From positions 1 to 38,934 of the forward strand of contig CAVYNY010000026.1 in assembly GCA_963769935.1 (NCBI GenBank): a stretch of 38,934 bases of DNA, read 5' to 3'. Below are positions 1 to 9,749 of this stretch, in pieces; position 1 is the stretch's first letter; every line of letters begins with the position of its first letter. The notes under the pieces are model-generated. The model made no database searches, had not been told where the DNA came from, and worked only from the letters and a program-made list of their open reading frames with translations. Origin of the DNA: an uncultured delta proteobacterium (GTDB lineage: Bacteria; Desulfobacterota; Desulfobacteria; Desulfobacterales; JAFDCJ01). A program made the translations under genes and the position numbers.

Positions 1-30
1 TTTGCTTATATTCACCGTTAGCTCAGTCAT
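1..30 (-). CDS. 5' end of probable SRPBCC/AHSA1 (START-like) domain protein, runs off window edge
   Basis: GGAGGA RBS then ATG ACT GAG CTA ACG GTG AAT ATA AGC AAA (MTELTVNISK), overlapping the end of the ArsR gene. ArsR-SRPBCC pairs are a common arrangement, but only 10 codons are visible. Confidence 0.45.
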   Translation of the reverse strand, partial: MTELTVNISK

Positions 31-370
31 TTTGAGTTCCTCCGTTTTTCATTATTTCAGCGAGTTTTTCTAAACGTAATTCCCAGATTGATTTGAGTTC
101 TTTGAACCAGTTTTCAATCAAACCAACCTGTTTTAAGTTCGCTTCAATCCAATGGGTTCTTCCGATGGTCCTGCGTGTTACAAGTCCGGATTTTTCCAAC
201 ACTTTTAAATGCTTGGATATCGCGTTGAGTGACATATCATAAAGGTCGGCTAAGTCTGTGACGCGACTGGCGCCCTGCTGGCAGAGTTGCGTTAAAAGAG
301 AGCGCCGTGTGGTATCGCTCACAGCCTTAAGAAGTTGGGTCAGAATTTTATCGTTCTTATATTCAACCAT
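23..370 (-). CDS. ArsR/SmtB-family winged-HTH transcriptional regulator (115 aa)
   Basis: KAVSDTTRRSLL...VTDLADLYDMSLNAISKHLKVLEKSGLVTRRTIGR is a typical ArsR HTH. Start moved from 508 to the ATG at 370 (MVEYK). Confidence 0.9.
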   Translation of the reverse strand: MVEYKNDKILTQLLKAVSDTTRRSLLTQLCQQGASRVTDLADLYDMSLNAISKHLKVLEKSGLVTRRTIGRTHWIEANLKQVGLIENWFKELKSIWELRLEKLAEIMKNGGTQND

Positions 371-417
371 ACAGTTGAATATAGCCACAACCCCTATGTT
401 GTCAACCAAAAGGTTGA
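358..417. promoter_or_regulatory. Two palindromic operators, probably ArsR autoregulation
   Basis: TATATTCAAC-N6-GTTGAATATA (358-383, spans the start codon) and TCAACC-AAAA-GGTTGA (402-417) share the core TCAAC-N6-GTTGA. Confidence 0.7.
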
Positions 418-813
418 ATAAATTTTTAAAAATGCGTCTGTGTGCTTTGACAATCCTAATGGGTGCAATTGCAGTAGCAGACCATCCCCCCAGCTTTAGC
501 GACAGCACTCAACCCGCAGATAGAGATAAAAAACCATCACCTTGTGAAAATATTCAAACACTTAGTGCCAATGTACGGCCCAATCCGAATTACGATATGT
601 TTTTCACAGCCATTTCAACCGCATCGGCGCCCAATTGCGAAGTTTGAAGAAAACCTCTTCATCAGCAGCTATTTCCCCACGCTCCACCTCCGCCAATCCG
701 ATTATCAACTCCGAAGCCGGCCTTGCCAAATCCCTCAACCGTATTAATTTATTATCTTATTGTTTGTAATTCCGTTTTTATAATTTTTACCATTTGGCCA
801 TGGGATTGCGGCT

Positions 814-1806
814 TTGAAGAAAATTGCTTTATCCGGCATAAAGCCCACCGGCGAACTTCATATCGGAAATTATCTGGGCATGATTAAACCGGCCCTGGAT
901 TTAGCGGATGAATATCAGGCGCTTTACTTTATCGCCGATTACCATGCGCTGACAACGGTGCACGACCGCAAGACGTTAAACCAGCTGGTCTATGAGGTGG
1001 CGGCCGCATTACTGGCACTGGGCCTGGATACCGAGAAAATCGTTTTTTTCCGGCAGGCCGATGTACCGGAAATTTTTGAATTGACCTGGATTCTGGCCTG
1101 TTTCACCGCCAAAGGGCTGCTGAACCGGGCCCATGCTTACAAGGCCGCGGTCGACGCCAACCAGGCGGCCGGCAAACAGCCGGATGCCGACATTAATGCC
1201 GGACTTTACAATTACCCGGTTCTGATGGCGGCCGACATTTTGCTGTACGGCTCGCATTTTGTGCCGGTCGGCCAGGATCAAAGGCAGCACGTTGAAATTG
1301 CACGTGACATCGCCGACGCTCTCAATCACAATTACGGCCGTATTTTCACCCTGCCGGAGCCGCTGATTCAGGATGAGGTGATGACCATCCCGGGGATCGA
1401 CGGCCGTAAAATGAGCAAAAATTATAACAACACCATCCCCATTTTCGCGGATGCCAAGGCCGTGCGCAAGCAGGTCATGCGAATCGTTACAGACTCTAAG
1501 TCCCCGGAAGATCCCAAGGATCCGGAAGCGTGCAATGTGTTCGGCATTTACCGGTACTTTGCGACACCGCAGGCGGTTGAAACCAAAAGGAATTTGTACC
1601 TTCAAGGCGGGCTGGCTTACAGTGATATCAAACAGGAATTATGTGAATTGTTAGAAACTAAATTTGGCGGGAGCCGTGAAACCTATTTGCGTCTGGTGGC
1701 GGACCATGGGTACTTAGACGCTATTCTAAATCAGGGGGCGGTAAAGGCACGGGCCATTGGAATGCCGGTGATGGAGAAATTGCGGCGCAAAATCGGCATC
1801 CGGTAA
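814..1806 (+). CDS. trpS: Tryptophan--tRNA ligase
   Basis: SGIKPTGELHIGNY (HIGH), YPVLMAADIL, VPVGQDQRQH, GRKMSKN (KMSKS); TTG start. Confidence 0.97.
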   Translation: MKKIALSGIKPTGELHIGNYLGMIKPALDLADEYQALYFIADYHALTTVHDRKTLNQLVYEVAAALLALGLDTEKIVFFRQADVPEIFELTWILACFTAKGLLNRAHAYKAAVDANQAAGKQPDADINAGLYNYPVLMAADILLYGSHFVPVGQDQRQHVEIARDIADALNHNYGRIFTLPEPLIQDEVMTIPGIDGRKMSKNYNNTIPIFADAKAVRKQVMRIVTDSKSPEDPKDPEACNVFGIYRYFATPQAVETKRNLYLQGGLAYSDIKQELCELLETKFGGSRETYLRLVADHGYLDAILNQGAVKARAIGMPVMEKLRRKIGIR

Positions 1807-1834
1807 AGATTTGTTGATTAGTTGAAAAGAATAC

Positions 1835-2065
1835 TCACCGCAGAGGCGCAAAGAGCGCAGAGAAAGTTTATTATTCCTTTGGCGTTGAGAAGGACGCCAA
1901 AGGAAATATTATCCGCTTTCGGCACCGCTATTGGTCCTGCAGGCGTTAACAAATTTAATTTAGGGTTTGACAGAATATGTGAAAAATTTTTCTCTCTGCG
2001 CCCTCCGCGCTCTGCGGTGAACACATAAAAAAAGAATATATGCGATCATTGCGCCTCTGTGGTGA
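1835..2065. repeat. Palindromic intergenic element (REP/MITE-like), family 1
   Basis: TCACCGCAGAGGCGCAAAGAGCGCAGAG at 1835, inverted copies at about 1990-2020 and 2041-2065, internal 12-bp hairpin TTCCTTTGGCGT/ACGCCAAAGGAA (1874-1905). A related arm occurs at 5853. Confidence 0.75.
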
Positions 2066-2109
2066 AATTTATAAATATTTTTTTGTTGTAAGAAAAGAAG
2101 GTGAACGAC

Positions 2110-4068
2110 ATGGGTAAAAATGTATCCCAAAAACTTATCGAAGCTCATCTGGTTACAGGCACCATGGTGCCGGACGAAGAAATCGGGTTGAAGATCGATC
2201 AGACGCTGACCCAGGATGCGACCGGGACCATGGTGATGCTGGAATTTGAGGCCATGCAGATTCCGCGCATCAAAACCGAACTGTCGGCGCAATACGTCGA
2301 TCACAATCTGCTGCAGACCGATTTTAAAAATGCCGATGATCACCTGTTTCTGCGCAGCGCCTGCAAAAAGTTCGGTCTCTGGTACAGCCGGCCGGGCAAC
2401 GGCGTCAGCCACCCGGTTCACATGGAGCGCTTCGGCATACCCGGCAAGACGCTGCTCGGATCCGACAGCCACACGACGGCGGCCGGTTCTCTGGGTATGT
2501 TGGCCATGGGCGCCGGCGGCCTTGAGGTTGCCATGGCGATGGCCGGTGAGCCGATTTTTATCAATATGCCAAAAATATGGGGCATCAGGCTGACCGGTGA
2601 GCTGCCGGACTGGGTCAGCGCCAAAGACGTCATTCTGGAAATGCTGCGCCGGCATGGGGTCGACGGCGGCATCGGTAAAATAATTGAATATTATGGCCCG
2701 GGCCTGAAACCATCTCAGCGCCATGGACCGCCATGTGATTGCCAATATGGGGACTGAACTGGGGGCGACGACCACGGTTTTTCCCTCCGACCATGCCGTA
2801 AAGGAATTTCTCCAAAGCCAGGGGCGGGAAGATGTCTGGACGGAAATAATGGCCGACGAGCGAGGCCGACTACGACGACCACGACGAAATTGACCTTGCC
2901 GAATCTGGAGCCATTGGTTGCGCTGCCCGGCAGTCCGGGAAATGTCGTGCCGGTGCGTGAAGTGGCCGGCCGCGAAATTTATCAAGCCTATGTCGGATCC
3001 TCGGCCAATCCGGGCTTGCGGGACTTTGCCGTTGCCGCGCTGATAGTCGACGGCCGGCAGGTGCATGATCGGGTTTCCTACGACATCAACCCGACCTCCA
3101 GGCAGATTCTGGAGAACTTGGCTTCATTGGGATATCTGGAAAAACTGATTCATTCCGGCGCCCGGATTCATCAGGCCGGATGCAATGGGTGTATCGGCAT
3201 GGGGCAGGCCCCCGCGACCGGCCGCATCAGCCTGCGAACGGTCCCCCGAAATTTTCCCGGCCGATCGGGAACCAAAGAAGACCAGGTATATCTTTGCAGC
3301 CCGGAAACCGCCGCCGCCTCGGCCCTGACCGGTGTGATTACCGATCCGCGCACGCTGGGGATGGCGTATCCACGTATTGAAGCGCCGCATCAGATTCGAA
3401 TCAATACTGAAATGCTGGTTGGACCGGCGGATGGTTTCGAAAAAATTGAACTTGAAAAAGGGCCCAACATTAAGCCGCTGCCGCCCTTTGACCCGTTGCC
3501 GCAGACTTTGCAGGGACCGGTCCTTTTAAAGATGGGCGACGGTATTTCAACCGATGAAATCATGCCGGCCGGTGCCCGGGTCCTGCCGTTTCGCAGCAAT
3601 ATCCCGGAAATCAGCAAATTTGCGTTCAGCGTCATCGATGAATCTTTTTATGACCGGGCGCTGCCTTTCCAGAAATCCGGCTGCTTTGTGGTGGGCGGCG
3701 ACAACTACGGTCAGGGATCCAGCCGCGAACATGCGGCCCTGGCTCCCAGATTTTTGGGGCTTAAAGCCGTCATTGCCAAAAGTTTTGCCCGCATTCACCG
3801 GCAGAACCTGATCAATTTCGGCATCCTGGCGCTGACATTCAACGACCCTTCCGACTGGGAGAAAATCGACCGGGACGATGAATTGGAAATACCCGACGTG
3901 CGGGCGGCCATCCAGGACGGATCACAGGTAAAAGTGATCAACAAGACCAAAAATCAAGTGTACCAAACGAAGCACTCGATGCACACCCGGCAGATTCAAA
4001 TGATACTCGAAGGCAGTTTGATCAATGTCGTCCGGAAAAAGCATAGTGGATTTAAAATTGAAGATTGA
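2110..4068 (+). CDS. Aconitase-family hydratase (short, about 650 aa type); three +1 frameshifts at about 2710, 2861 and 2900 in this sequence
   Basis: DQTLTQDATGT, DHN, GSDSHT, CNGCIG, RNFPGRSG, NYGQGSSREHAA. The missing middle (SAMDRHVIANMGTELGATTTVFPSD...ADYDDHDEIDL) is readable in the shifted frames. Confidence 0.88.
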
Positions 4069-4161
4069 ATGTGCCTGGAATTCTTCTGATTTTATGCCCA
4101 ACGTATTCACATCAGCGGCCGGCACCAGCCGGCAAGTGACCGAGGATAGGAGATTCAGATA

Positions 4162-5526
4162 GTGAAATACCGCGATGAAAAAGATTCGATGGGAACCGTG
4201 AGGGTTCCCGCAGATGCGTATTACGGATCCCAGACCCAGCGGGCCGCGGATAATTTTCCCATCAGCAGCCTGCGGTTTCCGCCGGCATTTATTCAGGCCC
4301 TGGCGCTGGTAAAAAAATGTGCGGCTCGGGTAAACGATACCCTTGGGCTGCTGGATGCCAAGTTGGCACCGGCCATCGCACACGCCGCCCAGGAAGTCAT
4401 GGACGGCAAATTCGACGATCAGTTTGTGGTGGATGTTTTTCAGACCGGATCCGGCACCTCCACCAACATGAACATGAACGAGGTCGTGGCTTCACGGGCC
4501 AATGAGATCCTCAGCGGTAAGAAGGGCGGTCGCGCACCGGTTCATCCCAATGATCACGTGAATCTGGGTCAATCCAGCAATGATGTCATTCCCTCGGTCA
4601 TTCATATCGCCGCCTTGACCCTCATTCACGGCCGTCTTCTGCCGGCCCTTGAATCACTCCAACAAATGCTGCTTGCGAAATCCCGCGAATTTGAAGATGT
4701 CAAAAAGCTTGGCCGCACGCACCTGCAGGATGCCGTACCGCTGTCGCTGGGGCAGGAATTTTCAGGCTATGCCCGGCAAATCGAGCTCGGCATCGCGCGC
4801 ATCCGGGCCGTCGAGCCCCGGCTGGCCGAACTGGCGTTGGGCGGAACGGCGGTCGGCAGCGGCTTAAATGCCCATCCGGGTTTTGCCGGAAAAGTCATTG
4901 CGCTGATTTCGGAGCATACGGGTTTGCCTTTCACCGAAGCCGTCAATCACTTCGAGGCCCAGGCCGCCCGGGATGCGGCGGTCGAGACCAGCGGCGCTTT
5001 GAAGACCCTGGCGGTCAGCCTGGTCAAAATCGCCAACGACATCCGCTGGCTGGCATCCGGCCCGCGCAGCGGCATCGGCGAGATCACCATCCCGTCCCTG
5101 CAGCCGGGCTCTTCCATCATGCCGGGCAAGGTCAACCCTGTTATTCCCGAAGCGGTCCTTCAGGTGGCCGCCCAGGTAATGGGCAGCGACACGACGATTA
5201 CCATTGGCGGTCAGGCCGGCAATTTTGAATTGAATGTCATGCTGCCGGTAATCGCCTACAATCTTTTGCAGTCGATTTCCACGCTGGCCTCGGTGACCCA
5301 GGCGTTTAACGAGAAATGCATTTCCGGTATTGCCGCCAATCGGGAGACCTGTGCCGGCTATATTGAAAAAAGCCTGGCCCTGGTGACCGCCCTGGTACCC
5401 AGAATCGGCTATGATAAAGGGGCTGAAATTGCCAAAAAGGCCTATGCAACCGGTAAAACGATCAGGGAGGTTGCGCTGGCAGAAAAGATACTGCCCGAGG
5501 AGGAACTGGAAAAATTGTTAAATTGA
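4162..5526 (+). CDS. fumC: Class II fumarate hydratase
   Basis: [51 protein letters not shown] start after AGGAG. Confidence 0.93.
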   Translation: MKYRDEKDSMGTVRVPADAYYGSQTQRAADNFPISSLRFPPAFIQALALVKKCAARVNDTLGLLDAKLAPAIAHAAQEVMDGKFDDQFVVDVFQTGSGTSTNMNMNEVVASRANEILSGKKGGRAPVHPNDHVNLGQSSNDVIPSVIHIAALTLIHGRLLPALESLQQMLLAKSREFEDVKKLGRTHLQDAVPLSLGQEFSGYARQIELGIARIRAVEPRLAELALGGTAVGSGLNAHPGFAGKVIALISEHTGLPFTEAVNHFEAQAARDAAVETSGALKTLAVSLVKIANDIRWLASGPRSGIGEITIPSLQPGSSIMPGKVNPVIPEAVLQVAAQVMGSDTTITIGGQAGNFELNVMLPVIAYNLLQSISTLASVTQAFNEKCISGIAANRETCAGYIEKSLALVTALVPRIGYDKGAEIAKKAYATGKTIREVALAEKILPEEELEKLLN

Positions 5527-5532
5527 CGGCTG

Positions 5533-5561
5533 TTTACATTTCTACCAAAATCAGCTATAAA
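5533..5561 (+). promoter_or_regulatory. Putative sigma70 promoter of the small Cys-rich gene
   Basis: TTTACA-17 nt-TATAAA, followed by a GGAGG RBS at 5594-5598. Confidence 0.5.
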
Positions 5562-5604
5562 TCCGCACATCATCAATTAACTTTAGGAACAATGGAGGTA
5601 TGGT

Positions 5605-5811
5605 ATGGCCAAAAAACGGTACACGATCAACACTGCCTGTCCCCAGTGCGGTTGCAGCCGGGCGCAGGTGTTGAGCGATGAGGAAATGCAGAAACAGTAT
5701 GGGCACCTTCCCAACTTCGACATGGAATGCAGCGAGTGCATGAAAAAATTCACCGCCGATATGAAAACCGCCTGTCCCGAGTGGGACAAAGAATGCCGGT
5801 TGAAGGAATAA
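5605..5811 (+). CDS. Small Cys-rich (zinc-ribbon-like) hypothetical protein, 68 aa
   Basis: Strong RBS; CPQCGC, CSEC, CPEWDKEC. Confidence 0.75.
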   Translation: MAKKRYTINTACPQCGCSRAQVLSDEEMQKQYGHLPNFDMECSECMKKFTADMKTACPEWDKECRLKE

Positions 5812-5852
5812 TCTTCCCTTACCGATAAGTTCAATGTTGTTTAGACACGGAT

Positions 5853-6050
5853 TCACCGCAGAGACGCAAAGAGCGCAGAGGGTATTTTTTCGCTGGGAGG
5901 CCGAAAAGAAATAAATCCAAGCCTTACGGGCAGTTGTTAGAGCCTTCTGCTTGTCTTCGCCACCAAAAACAATTGCTTGCTATCTTGCTAGTGGGGCGAA
6001 TTGCCCTTTATGTTTGCCGTCCCCTCAGGGGCAAACATAAAAAGCGGTGA
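5853..6050. repeat. Second, partial copy of family-1 palindromic element; contains a terminator-like hairpin
   Basis: TCACCGCAGAGACGCAAAGAGCGCAGAG (1 mismatch to the 1835 arm); 12-bp stem TTTATGTTTGCC/GGCAAACATAAA (6007-6041); residual GCGGTGA. Lies between convergent genes. Confidence 0.7.
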
Positions 6051-6107
6051 TTAAAATATTAAATTTCGATATTTCATGTCAAAGTATTCATTGCCCGGCC
6101 GTCGGGC

Positions 6108-6794
6108 TCACCCGATGGCGCGCCAAACTTTCAGCGTTAATTCAGCGGCCATATAAATCATGAGCAGTCCGGCGAAGATATCCAATTGTTTTTGATACCT
6201 TCGCGCCAACCCGGAGGCACCCGTTCCCAGCAGCAGCAAACCGGGCAGCGTACCCAGGGCAAATGCAAAAACCAGCCTGGCGCCTCTAAAAGGCCCGCCG
6301 GCCGGAAGTGCCCGGCTGAAGGCCGCAAATGACAGCCCGCACGGCAGAAACCCCATCATTAAACCCACCAGAAATAAACTCATTCCGGCCTGATTCGATA
6401 CGGCGGATTTGATGATCTTTCCGTATCCGGGAATTTTACCGGGCGAGGCCAGGGTCATCCAGCCCGGTTCCTGCATAATGCCCAGGCGGGCCAGACCAAA
6501 TATCATCAGAAACAGCGCCGCGAGCATTGAAAACCCAACCTGAATTCGTGCTACCCAGGCCGGAAAATTTCCGCCGGTCAGAGCGGCAATTCCTGCCAAT
6601 CCGCTCCCGATGCCGCCCATGACAGCCCCGATGACCGTATAGGTAACAATCCGGCCGAAATGATAGAAAATATGCGCGGACAATCGGCCGGTCCGGCCCG
6701 GAAAGGCGATAATCAGCGGACCGCACATGCCGAGGCAATGTCCGGTTCCGAGCAGCCCGAGCATAAACATTGACAATAGTGTCAGATCGTTCAT
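6108..6794 (-). CDS. DsbD_2 / TauE-SafE-like membrane protein (type often found next to ccoGHIS)
   Basis: GHCLGMCGP, YHFGRIVTY, GFLPCG, FALGTLP; about 6 TM segments; start moved to ATG 6794. Confidence 0.88.
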   Translation of the reverse strand: MNDLTLLSMFMLGLLGTGHCLGMCGPLIIAFPGRTGRLSAHIFYHFGRIVTYTVIGAVMGGIGSGLAGIAALTGGNFPAWVARIQVGFSMLAALFLMIFGLARLGIMQEPGWMTLASPGKIPGYGKIIKSAVSNQAGMSLFLVGLMMGFLPCGLSFAAFSRALPAGGPFRGARLVFAFALGTLPGLLLLGTGASGLARRYQKQLDIFAGLLMIYMAAELTLKVWRAIG

Positions 6795-6859
6795 GCTGCA
6801 ATCACTAACATTTCGGAAAATAATTGAAAAGCAGTAAAACGGTCGTCGGTGTTTATGGT

Positions 6860-6888
6860 TTGACAAGGAGATTAGATTTCATTAGAAA
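6860..6888 (+). promoter_or_regulatory. Possible sigma70 promoter of the nosL-like operon
   Basis: TTGACA-17 nt-TAGAAA (the -10 box is weak). Confidence 0.35.
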
Positions 6889-6996
6889 CAACCTTTGATT
6901 CATTTGAGTCGGTGGCCGGTCTGCTGCCGGATGGCGGCATCGATAGTTCCCTGAACCGCATGGAATTTCAGGACAACAATTGTTAAGGAGGATGAT

Positions 6997-7584
6997 GTGC
7001 AAACCAATGGTGATCGAAAGGCGCGGGGTCTGTTTGGATACGATTTCTTCAAGCGCTTTATCCTGGTGGCGGGGTGCATTGGAGCTGTGCTCTTCGGACC
7101 GGCGATATTGACCGGGGAGGCCGGCTCGGGTGCGAAACCCGGCTTAAAACCCCTGGATGAACACGGCCGCATGCAAATCAGCGATCAGGACCGGTGCCCG
7201 GTCTGCGCCATGAAGGTGAACGCCCATAAAAAGTTTTCCAGCGCCATTCAGCTTACCAACGGCGACACCTTTTATTTCTGCGGCACCGGCTGCATGATCC
7301 GCTCCTGGCTGCATCCGGAAATATTTTTAAATGCAGCCAAGTCGGAATTGAAAAAAAGCGTGGTGCAGGACTATTTCAGCGGTGCCCAGGTCGACGGCCT
7401 GGCCGTTTACTGGGTGGCCGGCTCCGATGTGGTGGGACCCATGGGACCGGCGTTGGTACCCATTTTAGATGAAGGCCAGGTGGAGATCTTTAAACATCGA
7501 CACGGCGGCAAGGCTGCATTTCGCCTCGGCGAAATGACCGATGAAAAATGGCAGCAGCTGACCGGTAAAAAGGCCGCCCCTTAA
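6997..7584 (+). CDS. nosL: NosL-family metal(Cu)-binding protein
   Basis: N-terminal hydrophobic segment; CPVCAM, FCGTGCM, VQDY, YWVAGSDVVGPMG, F..RHGG; AAGGAGG RBS, GTG start. Confidence 0.82.
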   Translation: MQTNGDRKARGLFGYDFFKRFILVAGCIGAVLFGPAILTGEAGSGAKPGLKPLDEHGRMQISDQDRCPVCAMKVNAHKKFSSAIQLTNGDTFYFCGTGCMIRSWLHPEIFLNAAKSELKKSVVQDYFSGAQVDGLAVYWVAGSDVVGPMGPALVPILDEGQVEIFKHRHGGKAAFRLGEMTDEKWQQLTGKKAAP

Positions 7585-7587
7585 AAA

Positions 7588-7896
7588 ATGAAACAATCCC
7601 CGGCAAAGGCCGATCGGTTGGACGCCTGTAATGCGATCGGCCTGATCATCCTGATTCTGGCGGCTCTGGTCGCGCTGGTTGTTTTCGTCGATGCTGCGTA
7701 TCGGAGCAACCCTTCCGGCGATCAGAGCGCACAATTGGTGCGGGTTTTCGGATTCGACCGGCTGTCCCTGGTACCCTCCGGCCGGACGTTGCGAAGCCCC
7801 GACATGCCGAAGTCGACCGTTGAATGGTGCTATGATCCGTACCTTACAGGCATCCCACCGGACGCGGCGGATTTAATTCTGAAAGCCGCGGATTGA
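7588..7896 (+). CDS. Hypothetical single-TM protein
   Basis: 3 nt after the nosL stop, one hydrophobic helix, 9 nt before the next gene. Confidence 0.7.
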   Translation: MKQSPAKADRLDACNAIGLIILILAALVALVVFVDAAYRSNPSGDQSAQLVRVFGFDRLSLVPSGRTLRSPDMPKSTVEWCYDPYLTGIPPDAADLILKAAD

Positions 7897-7905
7897 AAAC
7901 GAAAT

Positions 7906-9060
7906 ATGAATCTGCGTTCATCCTATCCATTGCTGGCCTGGGCGGTAAGAGATATTCTCAGACAGCCGCTTGAAGCCGTTGTCCTCTTTCTATCGCTGGC
8001 TTCACTGGCAGCAGTGCTGGGCACCGTGCTGCTGTTGAGTCAGTCACTTTCCCACACCGCCCAACGAATTTTGAACCACGCCCCGGCGCTGGTTATCCGC
8101 CGGGTCGGTACCGGCGGCTGGACGCCCATGCCGGCTCAGGAATCCATCCGGTTGGCCAAATCGGTTGCCGGGGTGATCGGCGCCAGATCAAGGATCTGGG
8201 GTACGGTAAACGGTCCGGCCGGACCCGTCACCGTGTTCGGAATTGATCAGGCCGTTGAGCTCGGCGGACTGCCGGACAATATCCCGCTTCCGTCCCCGGG
8301 TCAGGCGATTTTAGGTCCCGGGGTTTTGGCGGCTGCCGGGACGGATGCCGTCAAATTAAGCGGCACGAAATCCCTGGTTGTCAAAGTAGCGGCGGTCCTA
8401 AATTCCCAAACGAGCATGGTCGCCCATGATCTGGTCCTGCTTGATGCAGAAGATGCCAGACACATTTTAGGCATTGCGCCGGAATACGCCAGCGACGTTG
8501 CCGTGGATGTATTTTACGAAAACGAGGCCGATGCTATCCTGCCGGATCTGGCTGCGGTGTATCCCTGGCCGGTGCGCCTGACCACCCGTCGGGAGGCAGC
8601 CGGCATTTATTCCGCGGGGCTGGCCCGTCGCAGCGGTCTGGTGTGTATGACCCTGATTCCGGCTTTGCTCGCACTTGCTTTTATTGTTATCGGCGCCGGC
8701 AGAAATTATAGTGCGCGGCGGTACGAGGCCGGACTTTACAAAGCCTTCGGCTGGACAACCCCGGACATATTTCGCTTGCAGCTGCTTAAAGCATTGCTCA
8801 GCGGGGTGCCGGCAGTCACCGGCGGACTGTTTCTGGCTTACGGCCTTGTCATGTGGCCCGGCGTGTCGTGGCCCGGATTGTTGCTGCTGGGGTGGGAGCA
8901 ACATCCGCCGCTGCTGTATCTTGACCCTTCCGGCGCCGTGTCGGTGCTCCTTGAGATCGCCTTGCTTGTATTTTTGCCGTATCTGGCGGCAACGCTCTGG
9001 CCGGTCTTGAAAGCTGCCGCGGCCGACCCGCAGGATTTTCTCGAAAGGGATTTCATTTAA
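7906..9060 (+). CDS. ABC transporter permease, FtsX/MacB/LolCE type
   Basis: 1 TM, large periplasmic domain, then 3 TM; RRYEAGLYKAFGW matches the FtsX-type motif. Confidence 0.85.
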   Translation: MNLRSSYPLLAWAVRDILRQPLEAVVLFLSLASLAAVLGTVLLLSQSLSHTAQRILNHAPALVIRRVGTGGWTPMPAQESIRLAKSVAGVIGARSRIWGTVNGPAGPVTVFGIDQAVELGGLPDNIPLPSPGQAILGPGVLAAAGTDAVKLSGTKSLVVKVAAVLNSQTSMVAHDLVLLDAEDARHILGIAPEYASDVAVDVFYENEADAILPDLAAVYPWPVRLTTRREAAGIYSAGLARRSGLVCMTLIPALLALAFIVIGAGRNYSARRYEAGLYKAFGWTTPDIFRLQLLKALLSGVPAVTGGLFLAYGLVMWPGVSWPGLLLLGWEQHPPLLYLDPSGAVSVLLEIALLVFLPYLAATLWPVLKAAAADPQDFLERDFI

Positions 9061-9062
9061 AT

Positions 9063-9749
9063 ATGGACTCCGCGCTTGTCTGTCAGGATATCGGTTTACT
9101 GCGCCGCGCATGGGACGGATCACAGCGTGTGGTTCTAAAAAACGTCAATGCCGTTTTCAGGTCCGGTCAGGCGGCAATCATTTCAGGATTGACCGGCGCC
9201 GGCAAAAGCACGCTGCTGAACATTCTGGCCGGTCTTTTGCGTCCTTCACAGGGCCGGGTCCTGGCAGACAATCTGCCCGTGTCCCGCTGGAACGCGGCCC
9301 ATCGGGACCGCTGGCGCAGAAAAGTGGGGATTGTCTTTCAGCACCCGCATCTTTTAAATCAACTCACCGTTATGGAAAACGTCATTCTTCCGCTCATTCC
9401 CCGCATCGGTTCTATGGCCCGGCTGCGCCGGCACGGTTATGAAGCCCTCGAAAAATCAGGCATTTCACATCTGGCCGGGCAAACTGCACACACGCTTTCA
9501 GGCGGTGAGCAGCAAAGAGTCGCCATCGCCCGGGCCATAGCAGCTCAACCCGAAATCCTGATCGCAGACGAACCGACCGCCCATCAGGATGAAGCCGGAG
9601 CCGCCGCGATCATCCGCCTGCTCACCGAATGGAAGCGTCCGGGGGCGATCGCGATTGTCGCCGCGCATGATGCGCGATTGCTGGGATACGGGCGATTTGC
9701 CGACAGACACTTTGAACTGGCGGACGGTTGTCTGAAGGAACTGAAATGA
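9063..9749 (+). CDS. ABC transporter ATP-binding protein (LolD/MacB-like)
   Basis: GLTGAGKST, LSGGEQQRVAIARA, ILIADEPT, H-loop. Confidence 0.93.
   Translation: MDSALVCQDIGLLRRAWDGSQRVVLKNVNAVFRSGQAAIISGLTGAGKSTLLNILAGLLRPSQGRVLADNLPVSRWNAAHRDRWRRKVGIVFQHPHLLNQLTVMENVILPLIPRIGSMARLRRHGYEALEKSGISHLAGQTAHTLSGGEQQRVAIARAIAAQPEILIADEPTAHQDEAGAAAIIRLLTEWKRPGAIAIVAAHDARLLGYGRFADRHFELADGCLKELK

Noticed and set aside
371..508. N-terminal extension of ArsR given by the ORF track
   Set aside because: Covers the operator/promoter region; the domain starts at MVEY (370).
542..559. Rex-like site TTGTGAA-AATA-TTCAAAC
   Set aside because: Two mismatches in AT-rich DNA, and the flanking genes (arsR, trpS) are not plausible Rex targets.
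1818..2028. Two overlapping 68-aa ORFs on opposite strands
   Set aside because: Translations of the palindromic repeat element; no RBS or domain signal.
2700..2910. Programmed ribosomal frameshifting in aconitase (also spoVR, actF, ccoI)
   Set aside because: No slippery heptamers; several scattered single insertions fit sequencing error better.
6997..9749. nos (N2O reductase) cluster
   Set aside because: No nosZ/D/R/Y; the ABC pair is FtsX/LolD type.
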